A DNA stretch of 64,000 nt from Desulfosudaceae bacterium (GCA_963674745.2 CAXXDV010000003.1:238478-302477); one strand, 5' to 3'; counted from the first letter of the stretch, positions 35,289 to 44,818 are shown. Numbers and translations are program-made. The notes: generated by a model from the sequence alone, not told the origin.

Positions 35289-36991
35289 TTGCATGCCTTT
35301 TCGGCGGTGGCGGCAAGCTTCGGAAACAATTCGGTAACATTCGCTTCCAGGGCGCGGATATTCCTTATCAAACTATCAACCGCCGCGGGGATATACGGTT
35401 CAAACTGGGTTTTGTGCTTTTTGCGGGTCAGAAAGCCGAAGGCGCCCAGGGCCTGGAGGTTCCGGGTAACGGCGCAGCAGGCATAGCCTTTGTGGAAATC
35501 GTTTGTATTTACCGATTGTTGAGATGATAATCCAATGATGTAATCGTCCAGCAGCTGTCTCTGAGTATCTACTTGAAGATTGACGTAGGGATCGATCAGC
35601 AGAGACGCCAGGTCATACTGGATGGGCCCGCGGCGGGCGCCCTGAAAGTCGATAAAAAAAGGCTGATCATTGCTGATCATGATGTTGCGGGACTGCATGT
35701 CACGATGAACGAGGCCGGAGACGGCATATCTCAAGGTCAGGTCGGCCAGGCGGGAAAATTCTTCTTCCAGGCTCATGTCGGCGGGGTCCAGGCCGAGGTA
35801 GCCGGCCAGAAATTCGTCTTTAAAATACCGGCATTCCCGGTCAATGATGACGTTACGGTCATAGGACGGGGTCTGGTATGCCCAGGCATCATCAAAATCT
35901 TCGGCACCTTTGATGGCCAGTTCCAGCAGCCGCTCGATAACCGGCCGGTAGAGCCGGATGACCGTATCGTCGTCAGTAGCAGCACGGACAGCATCCTGAA
36001 GACTGACGTCACCCAGGTCCGCCATAAAGGCCAGTCCGGCCAGGGGATCGGACAGGTATATCCGGGGCACGGCAATGCCTTTTTTAAACAGATGGCGGTT
36101 GATCATCGTGAAAGCCCTGGCTTCGCCTGTCTCGTCCGTGGTGCAAAGACCCCGATCACACGCAACCAGGGTGCCGGCTGAAGAATGAACACGAAACCAG
36201 CGGGTATCGGAGCCATCGGCGGCAAGAGGTTCAATCTTGGTGACGGTATCAACGCCGAAAGCCGCCTGCAGGGCCTGGCGGCTCATCTTTTCAAAAGCGA
36301 TTTCCCGAAAGGCTTCAGGCGTGCCGATATCCTGCCATTGATGGCCTTGTGCGATACAGGCGGCAATGGTTTGTCCGTCGGCCAGCAGGTCTGAATAGAC
36401 ATCGATGATGTCGACAAAAGTGCCGGGGGGGATACGGTCCAGTAAGCGGGGATGGATGACATGGATACCGGTAAAGGCCAGCAGGCGTTCTCCCCCGGGG
36501 CGGGCATCGGCCGCCCGGTAAAAGCGGGCCACCCGGTCACGATCGTCGACAGCCACGGAGTTGAATCTTTCACAATCGTGCAGGACCATGGTGACGTCAT
36601 GATCATGCCGCAAATGAAAACGGTAAGCACTTTCAAGGTCAATGTCGGTGATAATATCACTGTTGATTACCACAAAGGGGGTGTCGCCGAAAAAACCGGC
36701 ATTGTTTTTCATGGCCCCGGCCGTACCCAGGATGTCCGGCTCGAACGAGAGCCGGACCGGAATGTCGTAGTCGCGACTTTCGCAATGGGTTTTAATTTTT
36801 TTCGCCAGATGATGGGTATTAATGGTCACGCCACTGCAACCGGCCGTTGTCAGTTGTTCGATGATGATATCCAGAATTGGCACATTGTTGATGGTAAACA
36901 GGGGTTTGGGCAGATGGCGGGTATAAGGCCGCAGCCGGGTGCCGTACCCGGCTGCCAGAATCAGGGCTTTCCATGGCGGTAAACGGGTCAT
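35273..36991 (-). CDS. Fused sugar-1-phosphate nucleotidylyltransferase / anomeric sugar kinase (MurU-AmgK-like)
   Basis: The N-terminus has ILAAGYGTRLRPYTRHLPKPLF (NTP_transferase). The C-terminus has LVHRDMQSRNIMI..IDFQGARRGPIQYDLASLLIDPY (APH/AmgK-type kinase). Confidence 0.7.
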   Translation of the reverse strand: MTRLPPWKALILAAGYGTRLRPYTRHLPKPLFTINNVPILDIIIEQLTTAGCSGVTINTHHLAKKIKTHCESRDYDIPVRLSFEPDILGTAGAMKNNAGFFGDTPFVVINSDIITDIDLESAYRFHLRHDHDVTMVLHDCERFNSVAVDDRDRVARFYRAADARPGGERLLAFTGIHVIHPRLLDRIPPGTFVDIIDVYSDLLADGQTIAACIAQGHQWQDIGTPEAFREIAFEKMSRQALQAAFGVDTVTKIEPLAADGSDTRWFRVHSSAGTLVACDRGLCTTDETGEARAFTMINRHLFKKGIAVPRIYLSDPLAGLAFMADLGDVSLQDAVRAATDDDTVIRLYRPVIERLLELAIKGAEDFDDAWAYQTPSYDRNVIIDRECRYFKDEFLAGYLGLDPADMSLEEEFSRLADLTLRYAVSGLVHRDMQSRNIMISNDQPFFIDFQGARRGPIQYDLASLLIDPYVNLQVDTQRQLLDDYIIGLSSQQSVNTNDFHKGYACCAVTRNLQALGAFGFLTRKKHKTQFEPYIPAAVDSLIRNIRALEANVTELFPKLAATAEKACKVLKF

Positions 36992-39618
36992 GCCAGAAGC
37001 ATCAGGTAATTACGGATGGTGTCTTCATAAAAATCGGCCTTGGTCCGGTCGTCGCCCTTGACCAGGGGTTCACCCGAAAAGAACCGCAGCGCGTTTTTGA
37101 TGGTCGGGGTGGAAACCGCTTCTAAGCATTCGATCTCGTTGTTTTTATACATGCGGCGGCCGTGGTTCAGCGCTTTTTTAATCATTTCTTTGGCATCCGA
37201 TGTTTTCGGCTCCTGTCTTAAAAAGGTCAGGGCGATCAAGTAGGACTCAAAATAAGGCGTCAAAAACGAAGAAAAGAGTTTCAGTTTTTTGAATCCGTCC
37301 GAAGTCAGGTCGAAGTTGCCGGGTATTGATTTATGGGGTGTCAGCATGCCCCGTTCAATAAAGGTGCTGACGCTCTTTTTGGTAAAATATTCGGAATCCT
37401 TGTCGGTCTGCAGAACAAATTCATTTCTGAAGAATTTACGCAGAAAGTTGAACTCCTTGTGAATGTCCAGGCTGGCGAACTGAAAATTGTCGATCTTGAG
37501 GATGGACAGGGCCGTAAAAGCGGCCGGAACAAAAAAGATGATGCAGTTGTTTTTATAATATTCCATGGCCGGCCGTTTGCTTTCGTTGACCATGTACAGG
37601 GGGTTTTCCAGGTCCGTGTCAATCTGAAATCGTTCGATGAACTTGCGCTGGATAAACGAATCCAGGGCTATGCTGAAAGCGTGGTTATGATCGCTGGTAA
37701 TCGTGTCCGAAAGCCGGACATCCATTGATTTGAGGCAGACCAGGTAGGTGTTGATGATGTCCATCAGGTACTGATAGGTAAAACGCCGCTGGGGGCAGTT
37801 TAAAATGGCGCTGGAGACGATCCCGTAAGGCGTGATGGTGGTAACGTCATTTATGCGGTTGATCAGGATGCGGGAAAGCCGGTCGATAAACTGCTTTTTG
37901 TCTTCCGCGGATTTGCCGGTCAAAGATGAGCGGGTCCGGGACAGGAATTCGTTCAATGAGACCGGCTCGTTGAAATTGACATACACTTTTCCGTATCGGG
38001 ATTTTAAGGACTTTCTGGCCTTGATCAGGGCCGGCAGGCTTTCCGCCTTTTTTTCACCGCCTTCGGATTCGTGAACGTAGGCAGCCTCCTCGATGATCCG
38101 GTCATAACCGATATTGACCGGCACAAAGATCATGTCCGGGCAGGCACCGTTTTCATAAGCGTCCAGCAGGATGGACAGCAGCCCGGTTTTGGGCGTCAGG
38201 GTTTTGCCGGTTCTGCTGCGGGTACCTTCCAGAAAGAATTCAATACTGAATCCTTCGGCAAGCAGTTTGTACATATATTCTAAAAAAACTTTGGCATACA
38301 GTTTCTGCCCCTTGAACGTCCGTCTCATGAAAAAGGCGCCGCCGCCGCGGAAGATGGTCCCCATGGGCCAGAAAGACAAATTCTGACCGGCCGCGATATG
38401 CGGGCAGGCCATGTTGTTATGGTATAGGACATAAGACAGCACCAGGTAATCGATATGGCTTTTGTGGGTGGGCACAAATATCAGGGGCGCACGTTCGGAT
38501 TCTTTTTTCAGTTTTTCCAGGTTGTCCTGATCGATGGCGATACCGTCGAAAATATGTTTCAGCATCCAGGTCAGGACCAGGTCAAACATCATGATCCAGT
38601 TCAGGTTGTAATCGGCGGCAATTTCATCAAGGAAACGGTAGGCTTCCTTGTTGATGTCGCGCACCTGGCGATCGGTATTTATGGCCATCTCTTCGACAAA
38701 CGACTGCAGCCGGGGGCTGGCCATGATGTTTTCCTTGATTTCTTCCCTGGACTTGATGATCGGCCCGGTGACGCGCTGCCGAAGGCGGTTGATGGACATC
38801 AGCACCATTCGTCGCAAGGCCAGGGCCTGGTTGTCGGCCGACATTTCCCGGATATCGGGCTGACGCAGAAAATCGCGCAGGTCAATGGGGTCGGCCATTT
38901 CAACGAAAATGTTTTTTGATCTGGAGACCAGCAGAAAAAGACGGCGCAGGATGCCGGGCCTTTGCGCCAGGCCGCCGAACATTGAATCCAGAAGGCTGAA
39001 TTTCGCCCTGGCCGGACGCCTGGAAAAGAACATGTTCTGGGGCACGATATAAATCGGGCGATCGATGGATTTCTGAATGGCGATCAGTTCCTGGACGGGG
39101 TTGCTCTTTGATTTGATAAGTCCCCGGTAAAAGGCCTTTCTGCCGAACAAGGAAAAATAGGCCGTGCGGCCATTGGTGAGTTCTTCTTTGAAATACTGGT
39201 TCTTGTACGGAGAAAGAATCGAAAACCGGGTCAGCAGATGATCGATATGGGCCATCACCACCACAAAAATCCTGGATACCGGTTGCGCCAGAAACAACCG
39301 ATAGCCGAGGGCCAGTTCCGGCGCCGGCAGGTCGTGCTTGTGGTATTGCCGGTTGCAGTAAAAAAAATCCAGCTTGCTTTTGTATTTGCCGGCATAAACA
39401 ATGACACCGGTCTGGTTCAGCCGGTTAACCAGATCCGTCATGTCGTTGTTGACCGTTACCCGGGAAAAAAGAAACTCCGTCAGCCGGCTCGATGGCCGCG
39501 CTTTTCCGTTGGGCAGGAAGCTGAGAAAATGATTGTGGGTGCCGCCTAAAAGCCGCTGCCGGCCGTTGCTGAAAAAACGTCCCAAAGCAGCAGATATTTT
39601 TTTGATCCAGTTTGCCAT
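36988..39618 (-). CDS. plsB: Glycerol-3-phosphate acyltransferase
   Basis: It has VPTHKSHIDYLVLSYV (HX4D), FFLEGTRSRTGK and a size above 850 aa. The start is placed at ATG 39618; the ORF extends to 39669. Confidence 0.85.
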   Translation of the reverse strand: MANWIKKISAALGRFFSNGRQRLLGGTHNHFLSFLPNGKARPSSRLTEFLFSRVTVNNDMTDLVNRLNQTGVIVYAGKYKSKLDFFYCNRQYHKHDLPAPELALGYRLFLAQPVSRIFVVVMAHIDHLLTRFSILSPYKNQYFKEELTNGRTAYFSLFGRKAFYRGLIKSKSNPVQELIAIQKSIDRPIYIVPQNMFFSRRPARAKFSLLDSMFGGLAQRPGILRRLFLLVSRSKNIFVEMADPIDLRDFLRQPDIREMSADNQALALRRMVLMSINRLRQRVTGPIIKSREEIKENIMASPRLQSFVEEMAINTDRQVRDINKEAYRFLDEIAADYNLNWIMMFDLVLTWMLKHIFDGIAIDQDNLEKLKKESERAPLIFVPTHKSHIDYLVLSYVLYHNNMACPHIAAGQNLSFWPMGTIFRGGGAFFMRRTFKGQKLYAKVFLEYMYKLLAEGFSIEFFLEGTRSRTGKTLTPKTGLLSILLDAYENGACPDMIFVPVNIGYDRIIEEAAYVHESEGGEKKAESLPALIKARKSLKSRYGKVYVNFNEPVSLNEFLSRTRSSLTGKSAEDKKQFIDRLSRILINRINDVTTITPYGIVSSAILNCPQRRFTYQYLMDIINTYLVCLKSMDVRLSDTITSDHNHAFSIALDSFIQRKFIERFQIDTDLENPLYMVNESKRPAMEYYKNNCIIFFVPAAFTALSILKIDNFQFASLDIHKEFNFLRKFFRNEFVLQTDKDSEYFTKKSVSTFIERGMLTPHKSIPGNFDLTSDGFKKLKLFSSFLTPYFESYLIALTFLRQEPKTSDAKEMIKKALNHGRRMYKNNEIECLEAVSTPTIKNALRFFSGEPLVKGDDRTKADFYEDTIRNYLMLLA

Positions 39619-39867
39619 GATGAGATCCCAAGTGTGATAAGATGTTAAGTCTCGGGTCGAATAAAACACAGTTATTAATTATTCGCTGATACCAGATTGA
39701 GGTGCGATTTGCAACAAGATATAGATCTTTCGTTAATGTTTACAAACCGATCAACCATATCTTCAGATATTGTGAAACAGTTGACGATGACGGATGATCC
39801 AGACTGCTTTTCACCTTGACACAGGTCGTCCGGTTTAGTAGGAAAATAAAAAGTTTAGAGATACCCT

Positions 39868-40030
39868 TATGTGATCGGTCGGTTAACGGAACCCGGTGGA
39901 AATCCGGGGCGGTCCCGCCGCTGTAACCCTGACAGGCGCTTTTTTGGAAGATGGCCACTGTGTCGTTTAAACGATGCGGGAAGGCTGAAAAAGCACGGGG
40001 AAGCCAGAAGACGAGCCGGGCGGTCGATAT
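39868..40030 (+). promoter_or_regulatory. Cobalamin (B12) riboswitch aptamer
   Basis: Conserved core GGTTAACGGAACCCGGTGGAAATCCGGGGCGGTCCCGCCGCTGTAA, GCCACTG...GGGAAGGC and a B12-box-like AGCCAGAAGACGAGCC. It lies upstream of cobT on the same strand. Confidence 0.8.
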
Positions 40031-40110
40031 GTGTGGAACCTGATGGTAAAGGGTTTTGGCAGGAGTTTTATTTGTATTCCTGCCGGAACCCTTTTTTTAT
40101 GGGAAGGTAA

Positions 40111-40189
40111 GGGCGACCCGCCGGAAGGGCGACCAGCCGGTCGCCCCTACACGGGTGCCACGGTCGGTGGGGCGACCGGCTGGTCGCCC
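40111..40189. repeat. GC-hairpin repeats (GGGCGACC..GGTCGCCC variant, 2.5 copies)
   Basis: The copies are GGGCGACCAGCCGGTCGCCCCTACA (40127..40151), GGGGCGACCGGCTGGTCGCCC (40169..40189) and a half copy at 40111. They lie between the riboswitch aptamer and the cobT SD. Confidence 0.75.
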
Positions 40190-40206
40190 TTGCTTTAGGA
40201 GGAAAC

Positions 40207-41271
40207 ATGAAACAGCTTGAAGAAACGATAAATGCGATTGTTCCGGTGGATGAGAAAATTTTTGAACAGGCTCGCCAGCGACTGGCCGACCAGGCCAAGC
40301 CGGCCGGCAGTCTGGGGGTGCTCGAAGACGTTTCGGCCCGTCTGGCGGCCATTACCGGGACCCTGGACGTGCGGTTGAAGAACAAGATCATTATTGTCTG
40401 TGCCGGTGATCACGGTGTGGTTGATGATGGTGTCAGCCTGTTCCCCCAGGAGGTGACCGCCCAGATGGTGTACAACTTTGTGGACGGCGGTGCGTCCATC
40501 AATGTTCTGGCCCGGCATGCCGGGGCCGAGGTCAAGGTGGCCGATCTGGGGGTGAATTATGATTTTGAACCGGATCTGCCCGTATTTCACAAAAAAATCG
40601 GCAAGGGTACCGCCAGTTTCGCTCACGGTCCGGCCATGACCCGGGAAGCGGCCGTGGCCTCAATCTGTGCCGGAATTGAAATCGTGGAAGAACTGTTTGC
40701 GGCCGGTCCGGTGGACATGATCGGCACCGGCGACATGGGCATCGGCAACACCACGCCCTCTTCGGCTATTATCGCGTCCTTTTCCGGCCTTGATCCGGCT
40801 GATTTGACCGGTCGCGGCACGGGTATCGACGATGAAGGCTGGAAGAAAAAAGTGGCGGTTATCCGCCAGGGCCTTGAGGTTAACAACCCGGACCCGGCCG
40901 ATGCCATTGATGTCCTGGCCAAGGTCGGCGGATTTGAAATCGGCGGCCTGGCCGGACTGGTGCTGGGATCTGCCGCCCGGGGCATCCCGGTGGTGTGTGA
41001 CGGCCTGATTTCCACGGCCGGGGCGTTGATCGCCTGCGAGCTGGCACCGACAGCAAAACAATATGTGTTTGCCAGCCATGTTTCGGTCGAGGCCGGACAC
41101 AAATTCATGCATGAGCGTTTGGGACTGGCCCCTCTGCTTGACCTGAAGCTACGGTTGGGCGAAGGCACCGGTGCGGCCATTGCCATGGAGTTGCTGGATG
41201 CGGCCACCCGTGTCCTGGCGGAGATTAAAACCTTTGCCGAGGTGAACATCAGGGATGTGCAGAAAGGATAG
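40207..41271 (+). CDS. cobT: Nicotinate-nucleotide--dimethylbenzimidazole phosphoribosyltransferase
   Basis: Motifs are KPAGSLGVLED, CAGDHGV, GDMGIGNTT and LRLGEGTGAA. The SD AGGAGG lies upstream. Confidence 0.9.
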   Translation: MKQLEETINAIVPVDEKIFEQARQRLADQAKPAGSLGVLEDVSARLAAITGTLDVRLKNKIIIVCAGDHGVVDDGVSLFPQEVTAQMVYNFVDGGASINVLARHAGAEVKVADLGVNYDFEPDLPVFHKKIGKGTASFAHGPAMTREAAVASICAGIEIVEELFAAGPVDMIGTGDMGIGNTTPSSAIIASFSGLDPADLTGRGTGIDDEGWKKKVAVIRQGLEVNNPDPADAIDVLAKVGGFEIGGLAGLVLGSAARGIPVVCDGLISTAGALIACELAPTAKQYVFASHVSVEAGHKFMHERLGLAPLLDLKLRLGEGTGAAIAMELLDAATRVLAEIKTFAEVNIRDVQKG

Positions 41272-41407
41272 GGCAACCACAGGGGGTTGCCCCTACAGGT
41301 CGAGGCGGGCGTTCATGAATCATGTAGGGGCAGGCCCCCGTGCCTGCCCGAAAACGGGTAGGGCGGCCACAAACAGATAGGGCAACCACAGGGGGGTGCC
41401 CCTACAG
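41272..41407. repeat. Cluster of three GC-hairpin repeats
   Basis: The copies are GGGCAACC..GGTTGCCCCTACA (41272..41298), TGTAGGGGCAGGC..GCCTGCCC (41324..41350) and GGGCAACC..GGGTGCCCCTACA (41381..41407). The first copy abuts the cobT TAG stop. Confidence 0.8.
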
Positions 41408-41430
41408 GTCATGGTGACGAGGAGTAATAT

Positions 41431-42072
41431 TTATTCCGATTGCTTGAGGGTCAGGGCACCTGTCGGGCAGACCTCAATGCAGGCCTGGCAGGCGGCTTCG
41501 TCAACGGCCTGGCCTTTGGGCGGCAGCAGCGGGGTGACGACGGTGTCGCTGCCCCGGCCGGTAAAGGTGAACAGGGGCTGCCCGTTTTTATCCCGGCAGG
41601 TGTTGACGCACCGGCCGCATAAAACGCAACGGTCGCGGTTGTAATCCAGAACCGGATGGGATGTGTCGATGATACCGGTCGGTTCATAAGGCGGAAACTC
41701 TTTTGGTTTTAATTTGACCTTGAGAAATTTGGCCAGGTTCTGCAATTCACACTGCTTGTTGGCCGGGCAATGTCCGCAGTCCACATGATGGTTGGACAAC
41801 AGCAGCTTTAACCCGGTCCTTTGCAGTTCCCGGATGGTCTCAGTATCGGTCCACACCTCCATGTCATTTTCCACGATGGTGGTGCAGGCGGTCACCGGCC
41901 GGTCAAAACCCTTAATTTCGACAAAACAGAGACGGCACGAGGCCGGCGGGTTGGGCAGTTCTTTGACCCAGCACAGGTTGGGGATATAGATTTCGCTGTC
42001 CAGCGCCGCCTGAAGCAGGCTGATGCCTTCTTCGGCGTGTATCTCCCAGTTATCGATATATAGTTTTATCAT
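41431..42072 (-). CDS. NuoG/HndD N-terminal-like Fe-S subunit ([2Fe-2S], His-ligated [4Fe-4S], 2x[4Fe-4S]); no catalytic domain
   Basis: Motifs are CRLCFVEI, HHVDCGHCPANKQCELQ, CVLCGRCVNTC and CQACIEVCPTGA. It is only 213 aa. Confidence 0.75.
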   Translation of the reverse strand: MIKLYIDNWEIHAEEGISLLQAALDSEIYIPNLCWVKELPNPPASCRLCFVEIKGFDRPVTACTTIVENDMEVWTDTETIRELQRTGLKLLLSNHHVDCGHCPANKQCELQNLAKFLKVKLKPKEFPPYEPTGIIDTSHPVLDYNRDRCVLCGRCVNTCRDKNGQPLFTFTGRGSDTVVTPLLPPKGQAVDEAACQACIEVCPTGALTLKQSE

Positions 42073-42076
42073 GGCG

Positions 42077-44014
42077 TTATTCTACGGGGGCCTTGGGTTT
42101 TTCAATAATGGGTGCGGTCTCCGGCGGTGACGCTTTTTTGACGGCGTCGTACAGCGGCACGCAGACATTCAGGCACTCACCGCATTTGATGCATTTTTCC
42201 TGGTCAATACCTTTTTTGCGGTTGCTGGTGGTGAAAATGGCTTCTGTCGGGCAACAGCCCACACAGGCGTCGCAGCCGCGGGCGCACTTGTCCAGATCAA
42301 TATAATAGGCGATTAACTCCCGGCACATCAGGGCCGGGCAGACACCGTCTCTGATATGGGCTTCATATTCGTCCCGGAAATATTTGAGCGAGGTGAGCAC
42401 GGGGTTGGGGGCGGTTCTGCCCAGGCCGCACAGGGAGCCCTTCTTGACAGCCAGGGCCAGCTTTTCCATCTGTTCCAGGGTATCTTCCTGCCCATGTCCT
42501 TTGGTGATCTGGTCCAGTGTTTCCAGCAGGTGCCTGGTGCCGATGCGGCAGAAGGTGCATTTGCCGCATGATTCATTCTGGGTAAAATCCAGAAAGTAAC
42601 GGGCCACGTTGACCATGCAGGTATCATCGTTCATGATCACCATGCCGCCGGAACCCATCATAGCGCCGGCTTCGATCAGGGAATCAAAATCAATGGGCGT
42701 GTCCAGAAAGGACTCGGGCAGGCAGCCGCCGGAAGGGCCGCCGATCTGGACGGCCTTGAAGTTTTTCTTGTCCGGTATGCCGCCGCAGATGTCAAAGATC
42801 AGTGACCGCAGGGATTCTCCCATGGGGATTTCCACCAGGCCGGGATAAAGGACATGGCCGACAATGGAAAAAATAGCCGTTCCCGGGCTTTTTTCCGTGC
42901 CGATGGTCTGGAACCAGTCCGCCCCGTTGTCAATGATGGGGGCGATATTGGCCAGGGTTTTGACATTATCGATCAGCGTGGGGTAGCCGTGTAGTCCCTG
43001 TACCACGGGAAAGGGCGGCCGGTGACGGGGCATGCCCCGGTATCCTTCCAGGGACTCGATCAGCGAGGTCTCTTCGCCGCAGACAAAGGCGCCGGATCCC
43101 TGGAAAATTTCCATATCAAAGGAAAAATCACTGCCCAGGATATTGTCGCCCAGCAGGTTGCGTTCCCGGGCCTGCTTCAATGCCCGGTCAATCAGCTTGA
43201 CCGCCAGGGGATACTCGGCCCGGACATAGAAAATACCCCTGTCGGCACCGATGGCCCTGGCACAGATGGCCATGCCTTCCACTATCTGGTGGGGGTTGCT
43301 TTCCAGGATGGTCCGGTCCATGTAAGCGCCGGGATCGCCTTCATCGGCATTGCAGATGATGACTTTATGGTCCGATTTCTGCTCGGCGGCGATTTCCAGT
43401 TTGATGCCGGTGGGAAATCCGGCCCCGCCCCGGCCCCTGAGACCGGATTCGCCGATCGTTTCGATAATGGCATCCGGCTTCATTTCCAGGGCTTTGCCCA
43501 GGGATGTGTATCCGCCATGGGCGATATACTCATCGATTTCGGCCGGATTGATGGTGCCGCATTTATCCATGATAATGCGTTTTTCCATGTTAAACCGGGG
43601 GTACAGCATGACCGACGGCAGGGTGTCATTTTCTTCCATGGCCCCGTAAATATGCTCCAGCAGGGGGTCATGATTTTTAAGAAAGTTTTTGACCAGCATG
43701 ATGGCCTTGCCTTCGTTGACCTGCTGGTACATGATCGGCGGAAAGCCGGATTCCGGAACATCGATGATGACCAGGGGTTCGGCATAGCAGTGGCCATGGC
43801 AGCCGATGGGATGAATGACGGCCTCGATACCCTCCTTTTCAAGCTGGGTTTCAAAGGCGGTTTTGGTTTCCTGGGCGCCGGCGGCCAGGCCGCAGGTGGC
43901 CATGCCGATATGAATTTTTGGTGTCGTGGATTCGGAAAACGCCCGCCATTTCTGATCGGCGGTTTCCTTCAGGGCCCGTAATTTTTCCTGTATCTGGTCG
44001 CTATTCTGCGTCAT
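42077..44014 (-). CDS. NuoF/HndC-like NAD(P)H-binding flavoprotein with extra Fe-S domains
   Basis: Motifs are GLRGRGGAGFPTG, NADEGDPGA, ESCGKCTFCR and C-terminal 2x[4Fe-4S] (CDACVGCCP and CIKCGECLNVC). It also has an N-terminal thioredoxin-like domain. Confidence 0.85.
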   Translation of the reverse strand: MTQNSDQIQEKLRALKETADQKWRAFSESTTPKIHIGMATCGLAAGAQETKTAFETQLEKEGIEAVIHPIGCHGHCYAEPLVIIDVPESGFPPIMYQQVNEGKAIMLVKNFLKNHDPLLEHIYGAMEENDTLPSVMLYPRFNMEKRIIMDKCGTINPAEIDEYIAHGGYTSLGKALEMKPDAIIETIGESGLRGRGGAGFPTGIKLEIAAEQKSDHKVIICNADEGDPGAYMDRTILESNPHQIVEGMAICARAIGADRGIFYVRAEYPLAVKLIDRALKQARERNLLGDNILGSDFSFDMEIFQGSGAFVCGEETSLIESLEGYRGMPRHRPPFPVVQGLHGYPTLIDNVKTLANIAPIIDNGADWFQTIGTEKSPGTAIFSIVGHVLYPGLVEIPMGESLRSLIFDICGGIPDKKNFKAVQIGGPSGGCLPESFLDTPIDFDSLIEAGAMMGSGGMVIMNDDTCMVNVARYFLDFTQNESCGKCTFCRIGTRHLLETLDQITKGHGQEDTLEQMEKLALAVKKGSLCGLGRTAPNPVLTSLKYFRDEYEAHIRDGVCPALMCRELIAYYIDLDKCARGCDACVGCCPTEAIFTTSNRKKGIDQEKCIKCGECLNVCVPLYDAVKKASPPETAPIIEKPKAPVE

Positions 44015-44699
44015 TTTGTTGATCTGCTTTGGCTTTCTTTTTGGCGATGTCTATCTGGGTGAACAGGCCTTCAATTTTACTGGGGGTCATGTAGGCATGG
44101 ACCTTTTCATTCACCAGGGCCACCGGCGCCAGGGCGCAGCAGCCCACACAGGCCACCCGTTCCAGGCTGAATTCCCGGTCTTCCGTGGTCTGGCCCTCGG
44201 TAATGTCCAGCTTGCGTTCAAAGTTTTCCAGGATAATATCAGCACCGCGGACATGGCAGGCGGTGCCCATACAGACCTTGACCTGGTGTTTGCCCGGGGG
44301 GTTGAATCGGAACTGGTTGTAAAATGAAGCCACCCCGACAACTTCACCGGTGGGAATATTTAAATGACCGGCCACCAGGTCCAGGGCCTCAACCGGCAGA
44401 TATCCCAGCTCTTTCTGGGATTTTTGTAAAAGGGGAATCAGTGAACTCCTGTCCCGGGAATATGTTTCCAGAGCCAGACGGATGGTTTCGATTTTTTGTT
44501 TTTCTTCAGCGGTTATGTGGGTCAGCATGACAAATCCAGACAACAAAGATTCAAAATCAAAATTCAAACCAACAATATAATTCCCAACCAGGATTTTTTT
44601 CAAGTCTTTTTTTGGGACATTGCTCAATTCGTCTTTCAAATGTGGGCTTTCAGACAGCAGAAATTTGTCACTTTTCTTGTGATTTTTTCTTGACATCAC
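44001..44699 (-). CDS. NuoE/HndA-like [2Fe-2S] subunit
   Basis: Motifs are VKVCMGTACHVRG and CVGCCALAP. The 57 N-terminal codons are AT-rich and may be non-coding, in which case the start is ATG 44528. Confidence 0.75.
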   Translation of the reverse strand: MMSRKNHKKSDKFLLSESPHLKDELSNVPKKDLKKILVGNYIVGLNFDFESLLSGFVMLTHITAEEKQKIETIRLALETYSRDRSSLIPLLQKSQKELGYLPVEALDLVAGHLNIPTGEVVGVASFYNQFRFNPPGKHQVKVCMGTACHVRGADIILENFERKLDITEGQTTEDREFSLERVACVGCCALAPVALVNEKVHAYMTPSKIEGLFTQIDIAKKKAKADQQNDAE

Positions 44700-44719
44700 G
44701 ACTATACACTAACTATATA
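44690..44719 (+). promoter_or_regulatory. Candidate sigma70-type promoter facing the pilin operon
   Basis: TTGACA (44690..44695), an 18-nt spacer and TATATA (44714..44719). This is a sequence match only. Confidence 0.35.
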
Positions 44720-44818
44720 GATTACAGGTGCACATTTCCGGTTCAAGGATGGACCGTTTGTGACAGAAAACAACCGATTTAAAGCCAGGACAGGGAGGTC
44801 GATCATGAAAATGCTTAC

